Source: Eledone cirrhosa (taxonomy: Eukaryota). Taken from it: 64,000 nt of DNA. This document shows positions 1 to 12,659 of this stretch, piece by piece (positions within the stretch are counted from its first letter, which is position 1; the number at the start of each line of letters is the position of its first letter). Location of the stretch: positions 35,402,001 through 35,466,000 of the forward strand of contig OZ024744.1 in the NCBI GenBank assembly GCA_964016885.1. Direction: 5' to 3'. The position numbers and the translations under genes are program-made. The notes under the pieces are model-generated. The model was not told the DNA's origin. It did no database searches and saw only the letters and a list, made by a program, of their open reading frames with translations.

Positions 1-144
1 TGGTCTACTACAAAAACAGACAAACAAAACAAACAAACAAACAAACAAAACAAAATAAAAAGACTCAATTTTCCAAGGTTTGTGCTTTGAAGAGGAAATT
101 TCCAAGGGCAAATCCATGGTCAGTCATGACCAAAGATGGGGGAT

Positions 145-312
145 TTAACCCTTTAGTATTTACCTTACTCTATATTTACTATAATATTTCCATGGTAAAG
201 GCTTTATCGCACATAATATCTATGTGATTTTGATGTTATATATTTTTGAGAACAATGCCATAATATCAGTATGAGCAGCCAGTTATGGCCAGTTTAAATG
301 CTAAAGCATTAA
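145..312. mobile_element. piggyBac-type MITE, internally deleted copy
   Basis: TTAA+CCCTTTAG...GCTAAAGCA+TTAA; homologous to 937-1161 in the opposite orientation. Confidence 0.7.
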
Positions 313-340
313 GTAATTTAACTTACTAGTTAAATTACTT

Positions 341-387
<47 letters not shown>

Positions 388-936
388 GTGTGTTTCTGTG
401 TGTGTGTATGTATATATATATATATATGTGTGTGTGTGTGGTGAGAATCAATAGAGAATTATATGCTCCCGTCTAACCCCTGCTCCCATCTAACCCATGC
501 TAGCGTGGAAAATGGACGTTAAACGAAGATGATGATGATGAGGAAAGGATTAAACTTACCTTAAACCTATAGTTATAATGTAACTTGTTCAGTCTAGTCT
601 TCCCCACCATATAACTAATTTTGCTAACAAAAATGTAGAAAGAAGCAATATAAGTGTTGTCAGGTGCGTATAGGAGCATATAGAATATGTTTATATAGTT
701 TATATATAATAGTATAATAAATATACATAAGCCTTGCCATGGGTGTTTTCATGTCACAGCTGTCTCAGAGATCTTGTGAAAGGATAATTTACTGTAGTAT
801 ATAAGCTATCAACTTATTTGCCTCAGTACCAAGTGAGCAAACATTACTTATGACGTATTTAATAAATCCTGAAATACTACTGTATATGGCATTCTCACAT
901 GGTTACTGAGGTTGCTGTGACATACATGATGACAAC

Positions 937-1161
937 TTAACCCTTTAGCATTTAAACCGGTTGTATCTGGCCAGAATTCTCTTACCTCTTTCTGTTCAAA
1001 CCATCTGTGGCTGCTTATATTTATGTTAAAGTATTGTTCTCAAAATAAATAATATCAAAATCTCATAGATTTGATATTATTTGAGATAATTATGTGAGGT
1101 AAATCCTTTACTGTGAAAATATAAGAGTAAATATAAAGTAATGTAAATGCTAAAGGGTTAA
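937..1161. mobile_element. piggyBac-type MITE (~220 bp)
   Basis: TIR CCCTTTAGCATTTA / TAAATGCTAAAGGG with TTAA on both sides; multiple copies in the window. Confidence 0.85.
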
Positions 1162-1467
1162 AATACCCACAGCAAGACTTATATATGTTTATTATACCTA
1201 AACATATTGTATATGTTTCAATATAATCCTCTATTCTGAATTAGATAGGTGTCATTGTCAAAGCAAGACAGGAGTGGGTTATGAATGCTCATTATGAACT
1301 TCACCAATAACCTCACCTGTTCAGCGTACATCAGATAGCAGCATTTTAAACAATTTTATGTAGAACAATGACCTGCAATAGCTGTTATAAAGTTTTCTTG
1401 TTTTTACATTTCAACTTGGTCTGGTCCCGCTTATCTGATTTCAGTTTTTATTTTAAATCATTTATTG

Positions 1468-1630
1468 AATGGCGGTGGGGTTAAGAGGTTTGTTTGTGCA
1501 AATTATATAGTTTTGAGTTCAATCTCACTGTGTAGTACTCTGGGCAAGTGTCTTCTATTGTAGCCACTGGTTTTCTAATGCCTTGTGAGTGAAATTTGAT
1601 AGACAGAAACTGTGCAGAAGCCCATTATAT
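1468..1630 (+). mobile_element. tRNA-derived CORE-type SINE (octopus OR-like)
   Basis: Degenerate A/B boxes (GAGTTCAATC), CORE-like GGGCAAGTGTCTTCTA, tail GCCTTGTGAGTG..GACAGAAACTG then (TA)n; relatives near 30990, 33940-34050, 48210-48345. Confidence 0.65.
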
Positions 1631-1643
1631 ATAAATATATATC

Positions 1644-1674
<31 letters not shown>

Positions 1675-2227
1675 AATATATATATACACAAAGTGTTAAA
1701 ACGATCAAATTTTAGTTTAGAACATTTATTTGCTGACAATTGTTTCTTCCAGAGGGAAGTCTGGAATCATCGGAGCATAGGGAATGTCGAAACATGTTAC
1801 TAAAATCCTAGTCATTTAGAACATTTAGGCTACATAATTGTTGTTAGTGTCAAAGGTAACATGTGGAGAGTCAGGAGTTAAAAAGATGTTCTGCTTGAAA
1901 GAACACAATTACAGGCAGCACTGGCTAGAAGTGTAATAGGTATAAGCGGAAATCACAAGAAAAAACATACAGGCAAAAAAGTTATAAATAAGGAAAAGTG
2001 GTGTACAATGCAGGGGTCAATACAGTCAATAAGGCATGTATGAGGAAAGAGTTATAATGCAGTTGAAATAAACATATTTTGTGTGGGGTGTTAAAGCATG
2101 TTATAATTGTTAGAAATGTTTAAGATAGCGTGCAATTTGTTAGAAAGGCATGTGGTGATAGTGTAGGTATTTGTTATGTAAGGTGTAATGCAAAGCACGT
2201 GATAGAGTTGGATATGTGATTTTCATT

Positions 2228-2345
<118 letters not shown>

Positions 2346-2774
2346 CTGTTTTTTTCTGTTCCTTAATATATAGTGGTTCAACAAATAGCAAGTAATGAAA
2401 TAAGTACCAGACTTTTAAATAAATAACTATTACTGAGATCAATATGATCTACTAAACCTCCTGAAATCAGGGCCCCAGCATTGGCACCACCTAATGGCTG
2501 AAACCTGTTGCAGAATAAAAAAAAACAAACTAGAACTCTATGTATTGAAAATAAAAATGGTAAGATTGATGTTGTTAATGTTGTTCTTTTAAACAACTGC
2601 TAGTTGAAAGTTGTAGGAAAAACATGGACAGGGATGGATTCTAAAGAAAGACACTGAGGTTCAAGGATTGCAATAATCAGTTAATGTGGGATCAAGGGGT
2701 GGGGATTGTAGATACTGTGTCTTGGGCCTTTGTCTGTTTTGGTGGCAAGTAATCTATTTGTCTGAATAATGGAG

Positions 2775-3302
2775 AAAAGCTTTTTGTAGTTAGCAGTGGT
2801 AGTAGCTCCCTGAACTTCTTCCATCCCATTTTTACTCTAGCTATTGTACTTTCAGAACACCCACCTCTGCTGCTAATTCAGTCACCTAGGTAGCAGAAGC
2901 TATCTACTGTTTTTACTAAGTCTTGCCAAAGTTTGGTGGTGCTTGTTTCCTGTGGCTGTTTGTTGCTTACTGTCCCGGTGCAACTGCTACATGTAAAGCC
3001 TACATTCTTAGCTAAATTTTCTGAGATCCCACTACATCTTTTGTGTACCCATAGTTTGCATTTGGGGCAGAGGATGGAATTTCTACCTACAGCTTTCCTA
3101 CATACTGAGCAAGCCATTTCCCCGAGGGCTCTGGGTTCTGTTTTTTCATCTACCTATGAAGCGCTTAGTCTTTGTCAGGTTTACTTAAAGATTTCTTGTT
3201 TCTAGGACTTGCTTCCATGTTTGCAATTTCTTCTCTAGTTTCACCATAGGTTCCACTATGAGTGTGAGATCATTCACATACAGGAGTTCCCATGAGCAGC
3301 TG
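2775..3302 (-). mobile_element. RTE LINE fragment (end of RT plus PHD-like finger)
   Basis: ORF 2878-3117 CSVCRKAVGRNSILCPKCKLWVHKRC; homologous to 13100-13670. Confidence 0.9.
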
Positions 3303-3304
3303 GT

Positions 3305-3625
<321 letters not shown>

Positions 3626-3881
3626 ATGATTACATTTGTGTCTGTGTTTATGCATGTCATAACCTAGTTGTTCAATAAACAGAGATTGATAAAATAAGTA
3701 CCAAACTTGAAAATTATATAGATGTAGTGGGTGGTCAATATGATTGACTAAATATCCCTTTGAATGGCTACAGTCTAGTGACTGAAGCCAGATAATAAAA
3801 TTGTAGAAATAAAGATGGCAAAGGACAGAGATTTCATTTTTTGTCAGTAAGTTTGAGGAAACAGAATATCAAATCTTTTAG

Positions 3882-4026
3882 TCCTCTTTATTTTCCCCAT
3901 ACTATGCTCTATGTTGGCCTTCCTCTACTTCAAGCTCTTTGGTTTCTTTGGATATAAACTTTTATAAGAGATTGTTGCTTTTTAGTTCAATGCTATTTTA
4001 CATTATTCAGACTCAAGTACCAACAG
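3882..4026 (+). CDS. Candidate host-gene exon A (unknown product)
   Basis: tcttttag|TCC...ACAG|gtattt; open frame SSLFSPYYALCWP...QTQVPT; ends in phase 1; sequence looks non-repetitive. Confidence 0.2.
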
Positions 4027-4641
4027 GTATTTGTATTTAACAATAAACTAGAGAAAGATCAGTAAACCCAGAGAGAAGAATTGGTCCCTGTACACGAATG
4101 GTACTTTATTGACCCCAGAATGGTGAAAGGCAAAGATGACCTTGGTGGAGATATGAATTAGGAGCACAGAAAGACATAAAAATGTTGCCAGCTGCCAATT
4201 CACCTTATATATATATGTGTGGGTGTGTGATTGCACAAGAATACTACACCATCAACAACTGTTTTAAGACCTCTTTCCTTTTTAAAGCAGGTAGGTAGCA
4301 TTGCAAGTCCATGACATGGAGTCTTCTTTCAGTCAAGGATTTAAATCTGGATGCCAATTCACTTCTCTATTGCTGTCATGGGTTGAACAGATATCAGTTC
4401 AGCACAGTATCCCTCCACTTATTGAGATCCTTCATCATCTCCTTTGTGAGATTCAGCATTTGAGAGCTGCTCTCTACTTCTACCATGGCTTTTCTTGGCC
4501 TTCTTTTACTGCAGTGCTTTTCCATGGAGAATTCTGACACCCTTTCATCCAACAATCTTCATTCATATGCATAACATCAAACATCAACACAGGCATCATG
4601 CAGTTAGCCTTTCATTTGCTACTCATCTACACTTAATTTCC

Positions 4642-4860
4642 TTAACTCGTTAGCATTTAAACTGGGTGTATCCGGCCAGAATTCTCTCATTTCTGTCTGT
4701 TCAAACTGGCTATAATTGGCCGCTCATACTGATGTTAAGGTATTGTTCTCAAAATGAATAATATCAAAATCTCGATATTATGTCAGATTATTATATGAGG
4801 TAAAGCCTTTATGACAAAAATATAATAGTATATAGAGTAATGTAAATGCTAAAGGGTTAA
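4642..4860. mobile_element. piggyBac-type MITE
   Basis: TTAA..TAGCATTTAAA...AAATGCTAAAGGG+TTAA; homologous to 937-1161. Confidence 0.85.
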
Positions 4861-5329
4861 GGACCACCAAATAACAGAGCAAGGGACTCTGTCAAAGGCT
4901 TTCTCCAGATCAACAAAAGCTATAGTGGCTTACACTTAGCTAGAAACTTCTCTTGTTGTTTCTCATTTCTGGTGCTCCTTCCTAACACAAATCAAACAGC
5001 ATTTCATTTAATTTGACTTGTCCCTTATTTAGTTGTGTTAAAATTCTTTTTCGCTTTCATAACTAGATCCATCAGATTTATACTTCTGCAGTTGTTCCTT
5101 TCTAGAGCATTGCCTTTTTTCCCTTGAAATAATTAATGAGTATACTGCAATTCCAGTCACTGAGTATGAAACCATCTATGCATGCATATATATAGATATA
5201 TATGCATGCATAGATATAGATATATATGTATATATACTTATTTCAAAAACTCCATTTATTAATACTATTATTACTATTACCACTATTATGTGTGTGTATA
5301 TATATATATATAGGTCGTCAGCTCAATAC

Positions 5330-5640
5330 AAAGCTTGACCACTTTAGTGTACATGATGCTCAGTTCTGGCATGAGTACTTACGTGTCTCTTTAGACCAGG
5401 CGTACTTTTAAAAAGCCGTCCACATAAATTGCATATTAGTTTTGGTGCTGCTTGGATGGCCTGTGTTTCTTGATGAACTTCAGATCTGCAGAACTTGTGG
5501 CACATGTGGCATCGATAAGGATGAACTGGTTGGTATGTTATATAGTCAATAGGAAGTTCCATATTGTGTGCTCTTATGTGAGATTGAGGTCTAGGCTCTG
5601 GCAGGCATACTCTGACTCAAACTGTACAAGTAGAAAAACT
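5330..5640 (-). mobile_element. 3' fragment of RTE LINE with C2H2 zinc fingers
   Basis: CHMCHKFC.., CNLCGRLFKSTPGLKRHVSTH; upstream frameshifted CTV.VRVCL..QSHIRAH matches the fingers at 45745-46040. Confidence 0.7.
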
Positions 5641-6047
5641 TCCATTAATTTCATACTGGCATACATAGGCACATACATACATACATACATGACCTCATTA
5701 TGTTTACACACACACATAAATATATGTAAAATATGATACATATGTATATATGAATATGATATAAATATGATTTGTTTCTACTTCTGATTAAGGCCTCAAA
5801 TATATTGAGTGCGTAGTGAACTGCTATGATTTTGCTTTCAGTCTTAAAAGTTTTATTAGTGAAAATGAAATAAAATGCTTTTAATAAAATTGATAGAAGA
5901 AAACAAGCAAAACAACCTGTCACACATTTGACAAACTGCGAGGTTAGGTCAAGACTCCCCCCACTAGTTTTTATTTTTTTTAATATATATATATATAAGA
6001 TTGAAATGAACCAATATTCAACATTCACACAACAAAATCAGTTTCAG

Positions 6048-6095
<48 letters not shown>

Positions 6096-6272
6096 TCATC
6101 AACATCATCATCATCATCATCATTGCCATTTAAAGTTTATTTTTCATGCTTACATAGGGTAGAAGATGAGCTGTCACATTATAAAGCCAGACAGGTCAGG
6201 TGATCACATCTTACTTATATATCATCATCATCATCATTTTACGTCTGCTTTTCCCTGCTTGCAAGGGTGGGA

Positions 6273-6342
<70 letters not shown>

Positions 6343-6944
6343 TATACATATATATATGTATGTATATAGACGCTTCCGTGCGAGCGAGACATGGTCTCTC
6401 GACCATTCCCGCATCAAATGGAACAAAACCGTCTAACCCATGCTAGTGTAGAAGATGGACATTAAGCGATGATGATGATGATGATATGCCTGTGTGTGTG
6501 TATGTATGAATGTATGTATATATATATGTGCGTGTGTATATGTATATATGTATGTATATATGTGTGTGTGTATATATATATATATATATGTATGTATATA
6601 CATATATATATGTATGTGTGTGCGTGCATGTGTGTGAGTTTGTGTGTGTACACACATAGCACATATTCACTCATTAACATTTAGTGTAGTGTATATGTGT
6701 GTGAAGATTATTAAATAAATAACAAAAAAAAATCAATAACAAAATATGAGGAAAAATTTAAATTTAATAAATAAATAAATAAATAAATGAACAAGCATGG
6801 TGATAAACCGGTTTGTCGAGAAAATAAGTCAGTATATTTTGGCACATAGTCAAATAAATGTAGTGGGTTTCCATGAATAGGAGCAGATTCTTGCACCTTT
6901 AACTTTCAGATTGGTGCATATCTTCTGTCTATGTCTGTCTGTGT

Positions 6945-7230
6945 GTTCATGTATAGGTGCATGTATGTGTGTATGTATGTATGAGTATGTGTATGTATGA
7001 GTGTATTTGTGTGTATGAGTGTGTTTGTGTGTATGTATGTGTGTGTGTATGCGTGTATGTATGTATGTATGTGTGTGTATGTATGTGTGTGTGTATGTAT
7101 GTATGTGTGTGTATGTATGTACGTATGAGTATATGTATGTATGAGTGTATATGTATGTATGTTTGAATGAGTGTGTGTGTATGTATGTACGTATATATGA
7201 ATGAGTGTATGTAAGTTTGTATGTACCTAC
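6945..7230. repeat. (TATG)n/(TG)n simple repeat
   Basis: Direct reading of the sequence. Confidence 0.9.
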
Positions 7231-7232
7231 AT

Positions 7233-8240
7233 GTCTCGCTGACGGAGCTGCAGTCCTGGGTCAAGCGAAGACCGAAGAAGATGGGCGCCTGGCACATTGA
7301 ATGTGCCCAGGCGCTCACAGTCCTCTGTCAAGCGGGCACAGAAATCAGTAGAGACTCCACTTCGACATTCTATAGAGGGTTAGTATGTTACAGGTGCGAC
7401 GACGTGCTTGGGGAGACTCTAGGCGTCGAAGTTGACGAGCTCACCAGTCTGTTCGGTAGGACTTTCTGCCCAGGACCTCTGGACAACTTCCAGAGGTCCC
7501 TGGCCTGGCAGTGCTACCGAGGAGCTCTACCAGTTCGTGACAAGATCTACAGGCACGGACGCTCCGGCAGGGATCCTTCCAAGAGGACGTGTCCAAGATG
7601 CGAGCAGGACATTGAAACCGTCCTGCACGCAATTGTACACTGCCCGGGCGTAACCGACCTGTGGAACTATGCGGAACAACTGCTGTCGCGTATGGGACAA
7701 ATCCAGTTGACTGCCAAGTCCATAGTAAGGATCAAACTGCCAACCTCTTTCAAATACGAAAGAGAGGCGGTTTTCCTCTGTACAGTGGCTATGGTGAAAG
7801 AGGTTATATGGTGGACGAGATTGAGGGGACTGAGCACAGATGCCTTTCTCTCCGGACAACAATTGATTCCCTTCTTTAAGTATCACTTTAGAAGGAGAAT
7901 CAGAGTGGAGAGAGAGGCACTGCACCCCAGTAAATTTACTGAAAGGTGGGTGAATGAAGCGAAAATGGCCCGAGTGATTGGGCCTTCTCTGTATATAAAC
8001 CTGTAGGTTGAGGAAGAGAGCAAAAGGAAGAAAGGAGCACTTGCACAACACGCTCCTGAAGTTGAGGGTTGTTCTATCTACGGGGTATTAAACAACCCAT
8101 TTGTGGCGCCTCCACCCTATTGGGAATTTCGATTGTTGTAATTGTTTGTTTTTATATTTTTTACACGACTGTATGTAAAATCCCCGGCATGTCTTTGTAT
8201 TGTCCCCTTTTCTTGTGCGCCCTTGTGGCAAATAAAGAAA
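7233..8240 (+). mobile_element. 5'-truncated Tx1/L1-clade LINE: ORF2 C-terminus (zf-RVT) and 3' UTR
   Basis: Uninterrupted ORF to 8006 with LAWQCYRGALPV...CPRCEQDIETVLHAIVHCP..W, typical of zf-RVT; CpG-rich; 3' UTR ends AATAAAGAAA; sits between simple repeats. Confidence 0.85.
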
Positions 8241-8522
8241 TATATCTATCTACCCACCCACCTAGCGACCTATCTACCAACATATATATCTATCTACCTA
8301 CATATATACCTGTTTTTCTACCTATCTATCTATCTATGTCTGTCTGTTTGTCTCAAAGAAATAACTAGCTAGTCATTTCTTTTTCTCTATGATTTTTTTC
8401 TGTATGACTCTCAATTTATCACTCTGACTGTTTGTCAGCCTGTCTATGTCTGCTCCTGTATGTGATTGTATGTCTTTGTTTATATGACTGCTTCTGCCCA
8501 TATGTCTGTCTATCAATAACTG

Positions 8523-8526
<4 letters not shown>

Positions 8527-8615
<89 letters not shown>

Positions 8616-8632
8616 ATATATATATATATATA
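8527..8632. repeat. (TC)n/(TA)n microsatellite
   Basis: Direct reading of the sequence. Confidence 0.95.
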
Positions 8633-9333
8633 GATAAATGCAAGTAACTCTCATATATATATAACTGCTTTGTCTATTTTAAAATGTCTTTTAACTATAT
8701 GTTAAAATTACTTTCCTAAACAAACAAATTTGTCGTTCTATTTTGTCAACTTTAATTCATATTTCTCTCTGTTTACCTGCTATTGCTGCCAATTATTTTC
8801 CCCTTTTGTCACAAGTATGTAAGAATCTTTTATTTAGTTCTTTACTTCTGATTCAATATCCCAAATAATGGCTTCTGATTTGGGTACAAGATCAGCAATT
8901 TTGTGGGAAGGAGAAAATGGTTTAGATCAATTCTCTGAACTGGTACTATATTTTATCAGCCCTGGAAGGATTTCCAACAAGGGGGCAAATTGAAGATTCA
9001 AACATGGGTTGTTGTTCAATGTGGTATAGATTAACCCTTTACACTGTATTTCAAATAGTGGTTAGTAAAGAATTTGGAAGGATTTACTAAAATTATTGTT
9101 TATTTCATAACTAAGGTAATTCTTATATAAAATTATGTTGGAAGATTTTAATTTAGATATGAACTCTTTAAAATATGTGATTTTGTTTAGTATTGAAATT
9201 TCCCTGAAAATTTTTTGTTTTTATCTTTATTATTTAAAAACTTAGAGCAATTTTTGTACAGGCATGTTAAATAACTATCAATTTTCACTATTTGGCTTAG
9301 GGAACTAGTGTCAACATATCATTATGTTGCTTA

Positions 9334-9708
9334 CAGGGGCAGTGGAACTGAGAGGGAGGCATGCTCCCTCCCCACAATGATTATATTTTTCTTCCCAAAC
9401 TACCAAAACACACATCTATTACATGTGCTACAATTTATGTATTTCATTTTTTTTTCATCTCATAACTTTTTCTCCACATATCACTATATACCTATTGCTA
9501 GTATGTGTATTCAGAGGCAGATTTCATAGGTCATTTTGCTATAATCACTTTAATTATTGAAAGCTGTAAATGTAATATGACCTGCTTGGTCTCAAATTAC
9601 ATTTTCTGACCATTTTAGAATGCAAAGAGCTAAACTAATCACTACAACTAAATTGACCAAATTTGCCCCCCCCCCCCCTCCCCATTCAGAAATGTTTCCA
9701 CTGCCTTT
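9334..9708. mobile_element. Putative MITE
   Basis: Imperfect TIR CAGGGGCAGTGGAA / TTCCACTGCCTTTG; lies inside a possible larger TTAACCCTTT..AAAGGGTTAA element (9031-9774). Confidence 0.45.
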
Positions 9709-10609
9709 GTTTTAGGGAGGAAATCAGTAGTGGCAGTGACAGGTGTCAGGGAAGAAATAGTTAAAAGGGTTAAGGTATCAAAAATACCTTGAGATTCTTG
9801 GTTCATGTTTCTTTTCAACTAAATACTTCAGTTTTCTAAGTTATTGTTGACAGTATCAGTAAGTGATGAAAAAAAATTCTGTTTTATCTGGTACAGACAG
9901 TCTTTAAATGACAGAAAGTTCACAAATCAGTGTTAACACACCTCTCTAACAGAGGTTGATTATTATTGTTAGCATGTTGTTTTCAAAGATCTGCTAGAGA
10001 TCAACTTATGATTTTGAAAAATATTCCCTAATGATTTAAAAAAACAAAAGAACAAAAACAAAAAAAAACAAACGACAACAAAAGAAACAAACAAAAAACA
10101 AAACAAAAAACAATATGATACAATATGATGATGAACAGATCATTGTTTTGCAGAACAGGTTGCAAATTAACAAATATCATCATTGTCTCGATAAAATAAA
10201 TTATCAGAGTTGATAATGCTCATCACCCATTCAATATCAAACCAACTGAAACCAGCCTTAGTCCTATGATAAAACCTTTCATCATAATTCTATGTTAGAA
10301 TCTTTAAGCCTTTTATTATCATTTTTTTCAATGAAAGACATTGCCTTTCAAATGATCAAGAATTTAGAATGGTTTAGTAATATAATTAACTTTCTCATTA
10401 TTTTGCTCGATTTAGAACGTAACTTAACAAATGTTCTTGCATAAAATTATGTTGGAAGGTTATTAGATAAATGTATGTATGGTTTTGTAACTCCTGATAG
10501 TCGTAGGGGCGCTGTATATCAATACAACATTTCTTAGGCATTTTAAGCCTGACAGAGCCTATCCCTCTCCAAGCTTGAGTAGAGCAGATTTCTTCCAGAG
10601 ATAGGAAGA

Positions 10610-10770
10610 ATTGGCTCCAGTACTAGACTGGTACTTTTTTTATCAACCTCGAAAGGATGAAAGGCAAAGTAGATCTTGTTCGGGATTTGAACTCGGACAC
10701 TAGAGAGCCGGAACAAATACCATAAAGTCTTCTATCCAATGATCTAACGACTCTGCCAATTCGCTGCCTA
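10610..10770 (-). mobile_element. tRNA-derived SINE (same family as 23262)
   Basis: Reverse complement of the B box (GATTTGAACTC) and of the central CTTTCATCCTT..GATAAAA..GTACCAG domain. Confidence 0.75.
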
Positions 10771-11534
10771 TTTTAGATAGATATAAACACTTTAAAAAAA
10801 CAGTTTTGTATTGTAGAATTAAGGGCAGTTTCAAGCAGTTTCATATCAAGAGTTAAATTATTCTCCAAACACTCGATTGACAATTCACCCCAAATTTCTC
10901 AATTATTTTTTAGATGATTTAAAAATCCTGAGCTGTGGCTTTCATTAGAAATATGTTATTGAAAGAGTTAGCTTCTCTCTTCTTTGTTTGGTATTGCAAG
11001 TCCCCTTATACATTTTGTGTAGTAAAATGTTATGCAGATGATATCTTTCAAAATCTTTAGGATTGACAAAGTAAATTCTTCCATTTGACAATTAATTCTT
11101 TGTTCTGTTTTTTTTTTTCTTTTTGCTGAGTAGACAATTTATTTCAAGCATAAAAAGAAATATATCTAAAAGTATATACCATATGTACCCATGTATATGT
11201 CATACCAATGAATAAGTCACAGCTCCATTTTATATACATCATTTAAAACATACGAGCATATACATATTTTGAATTAATATTTTGTTTGTCCAATAGATAA
11301 GTTGTATTATTGAAAACTGGAGTACTGTATATCTTGAGCAGACTCCTCTTTGTACTTTATATTAACTGTTGGTTTTTATTCAGCACATATTGTCCATTTT
11401 CATGATTTTCACATAATACCTGCTTTTTCTTTTCACACTGTATTTTAATTATTCAACTGAAGTGTGTTTGAAACAAATGAGATCACTAAAAAGATACCAA
11501 AGTGTTTCTGATGATGATATATATCTGATATCAT

Positions 11535-11850
11535 GATGGCATATGGTTTAGTTGTTAGGGTGTTTGACTCATGATTTTAAGGTCATTAGTTTTATTCCTA
11601 GTGGTAAGTTGTGTCCTTGAGCAAGCCACTTTCATGCTACTCCAATCCACTCAGCTACAAAATATGAGTTATAACTGCAATTCAAAGGGCCAGCATTTTC
11701 ACACAGTGTTATGCGGAATCTCTCTGGGAACTACATTAAGTGTACATATGTCTGTGGAATACTCAACCACTTGCCTGTTAATTTTACAAGCAGGGCTGGT
11801 TGTTTCAAATAGCTGGAACACTTGTCATAAGAACCAATGTAGGTTCATGA
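11535..11850 (+). mobile_element. Diverged CORE-type SINE
   Basis: A-box-like TGGTTTAGTTGTTAGG; CORE-like GTGTCCTTGAGCAAGCCACTTT. Confidence 0.55.
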
Positions 11851-12659
11851 ACATCAATATCTGGTATCAGTGAAATATTGAAGTTCAAAATATATAACTC
11901 ATTGTTTCACTCATCCATATTCTATTGGAGCCTTTGAATATCATACATATATAAGTCAAACTGTTGTCTACAAAAATATCATGTTATTTATCTACTAGAT
12001 CTACAAAATATTAATTCAAAATAGATTGTATATTGTAAATCATCATCATTGTCATCATCTTCATTGTCTTTTACATAGAATTTTCAATGCTGGCATAAGT
12101 TGGATGGGACTTTTTGGAGCAATATTTTATAGCCAGATTCCCTTCCTGGCACCAACCATTTTGATAGTGTCTTATGAGAGGCTGAGCTATGGTGTATCTA
12201 TACTTAAGTAATACACAATGTTGTTTGTGAAATGGAGGTGCAGCTTGTGTGACATAAACAGAAGTATACGTGGTATATATTACATAGGCAAGTGTCTTTA
12301 GGCCATTTCCCTTTCTCCATTTGCCCTATCTTTTGTTGGTACTCCCTCACCAACTGCTTGGATTTTTCTATATTCCAGACCGTATACACCTGTCTCCACA
12401 AGAAATATCAAACACTTGATCATGATAAATGGATTGAACTCCAACCTTGTTTCAACTAGATGCCCTACTTTGAGTTTTGGCAAGAGGAATGGGGGTCCTC
12501 GTGGCATAATGTGCAGTGTATCTTGCCATACATAATCATACTCATCATGGGATCCTTTTTCAAGGCAATGTTTTTATGGCTGGATGCTCTTCCTGACACA
12601 AACTCTTCTATTTGCCTCTTATATCATACACCGATACAGTGTACCTATTCTATATCAGA

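Noticed and set aside
1318-1372. Minus-strand exon-like segment with good splice sites
   Set aside because: Stop codons in all three frames; could only be non-coding, with no further support
1730-1810. Possible hammerhead (CTGACAA...CGAAACATGTTA)
   Set aside because: Core is mismatched and there is no convincing stem I or stem II adjacent to it
12204-12507. Overlapping minus-strand ORFs as a transposase remnant
   Set aside because: No diagnostic motif recognised by eye
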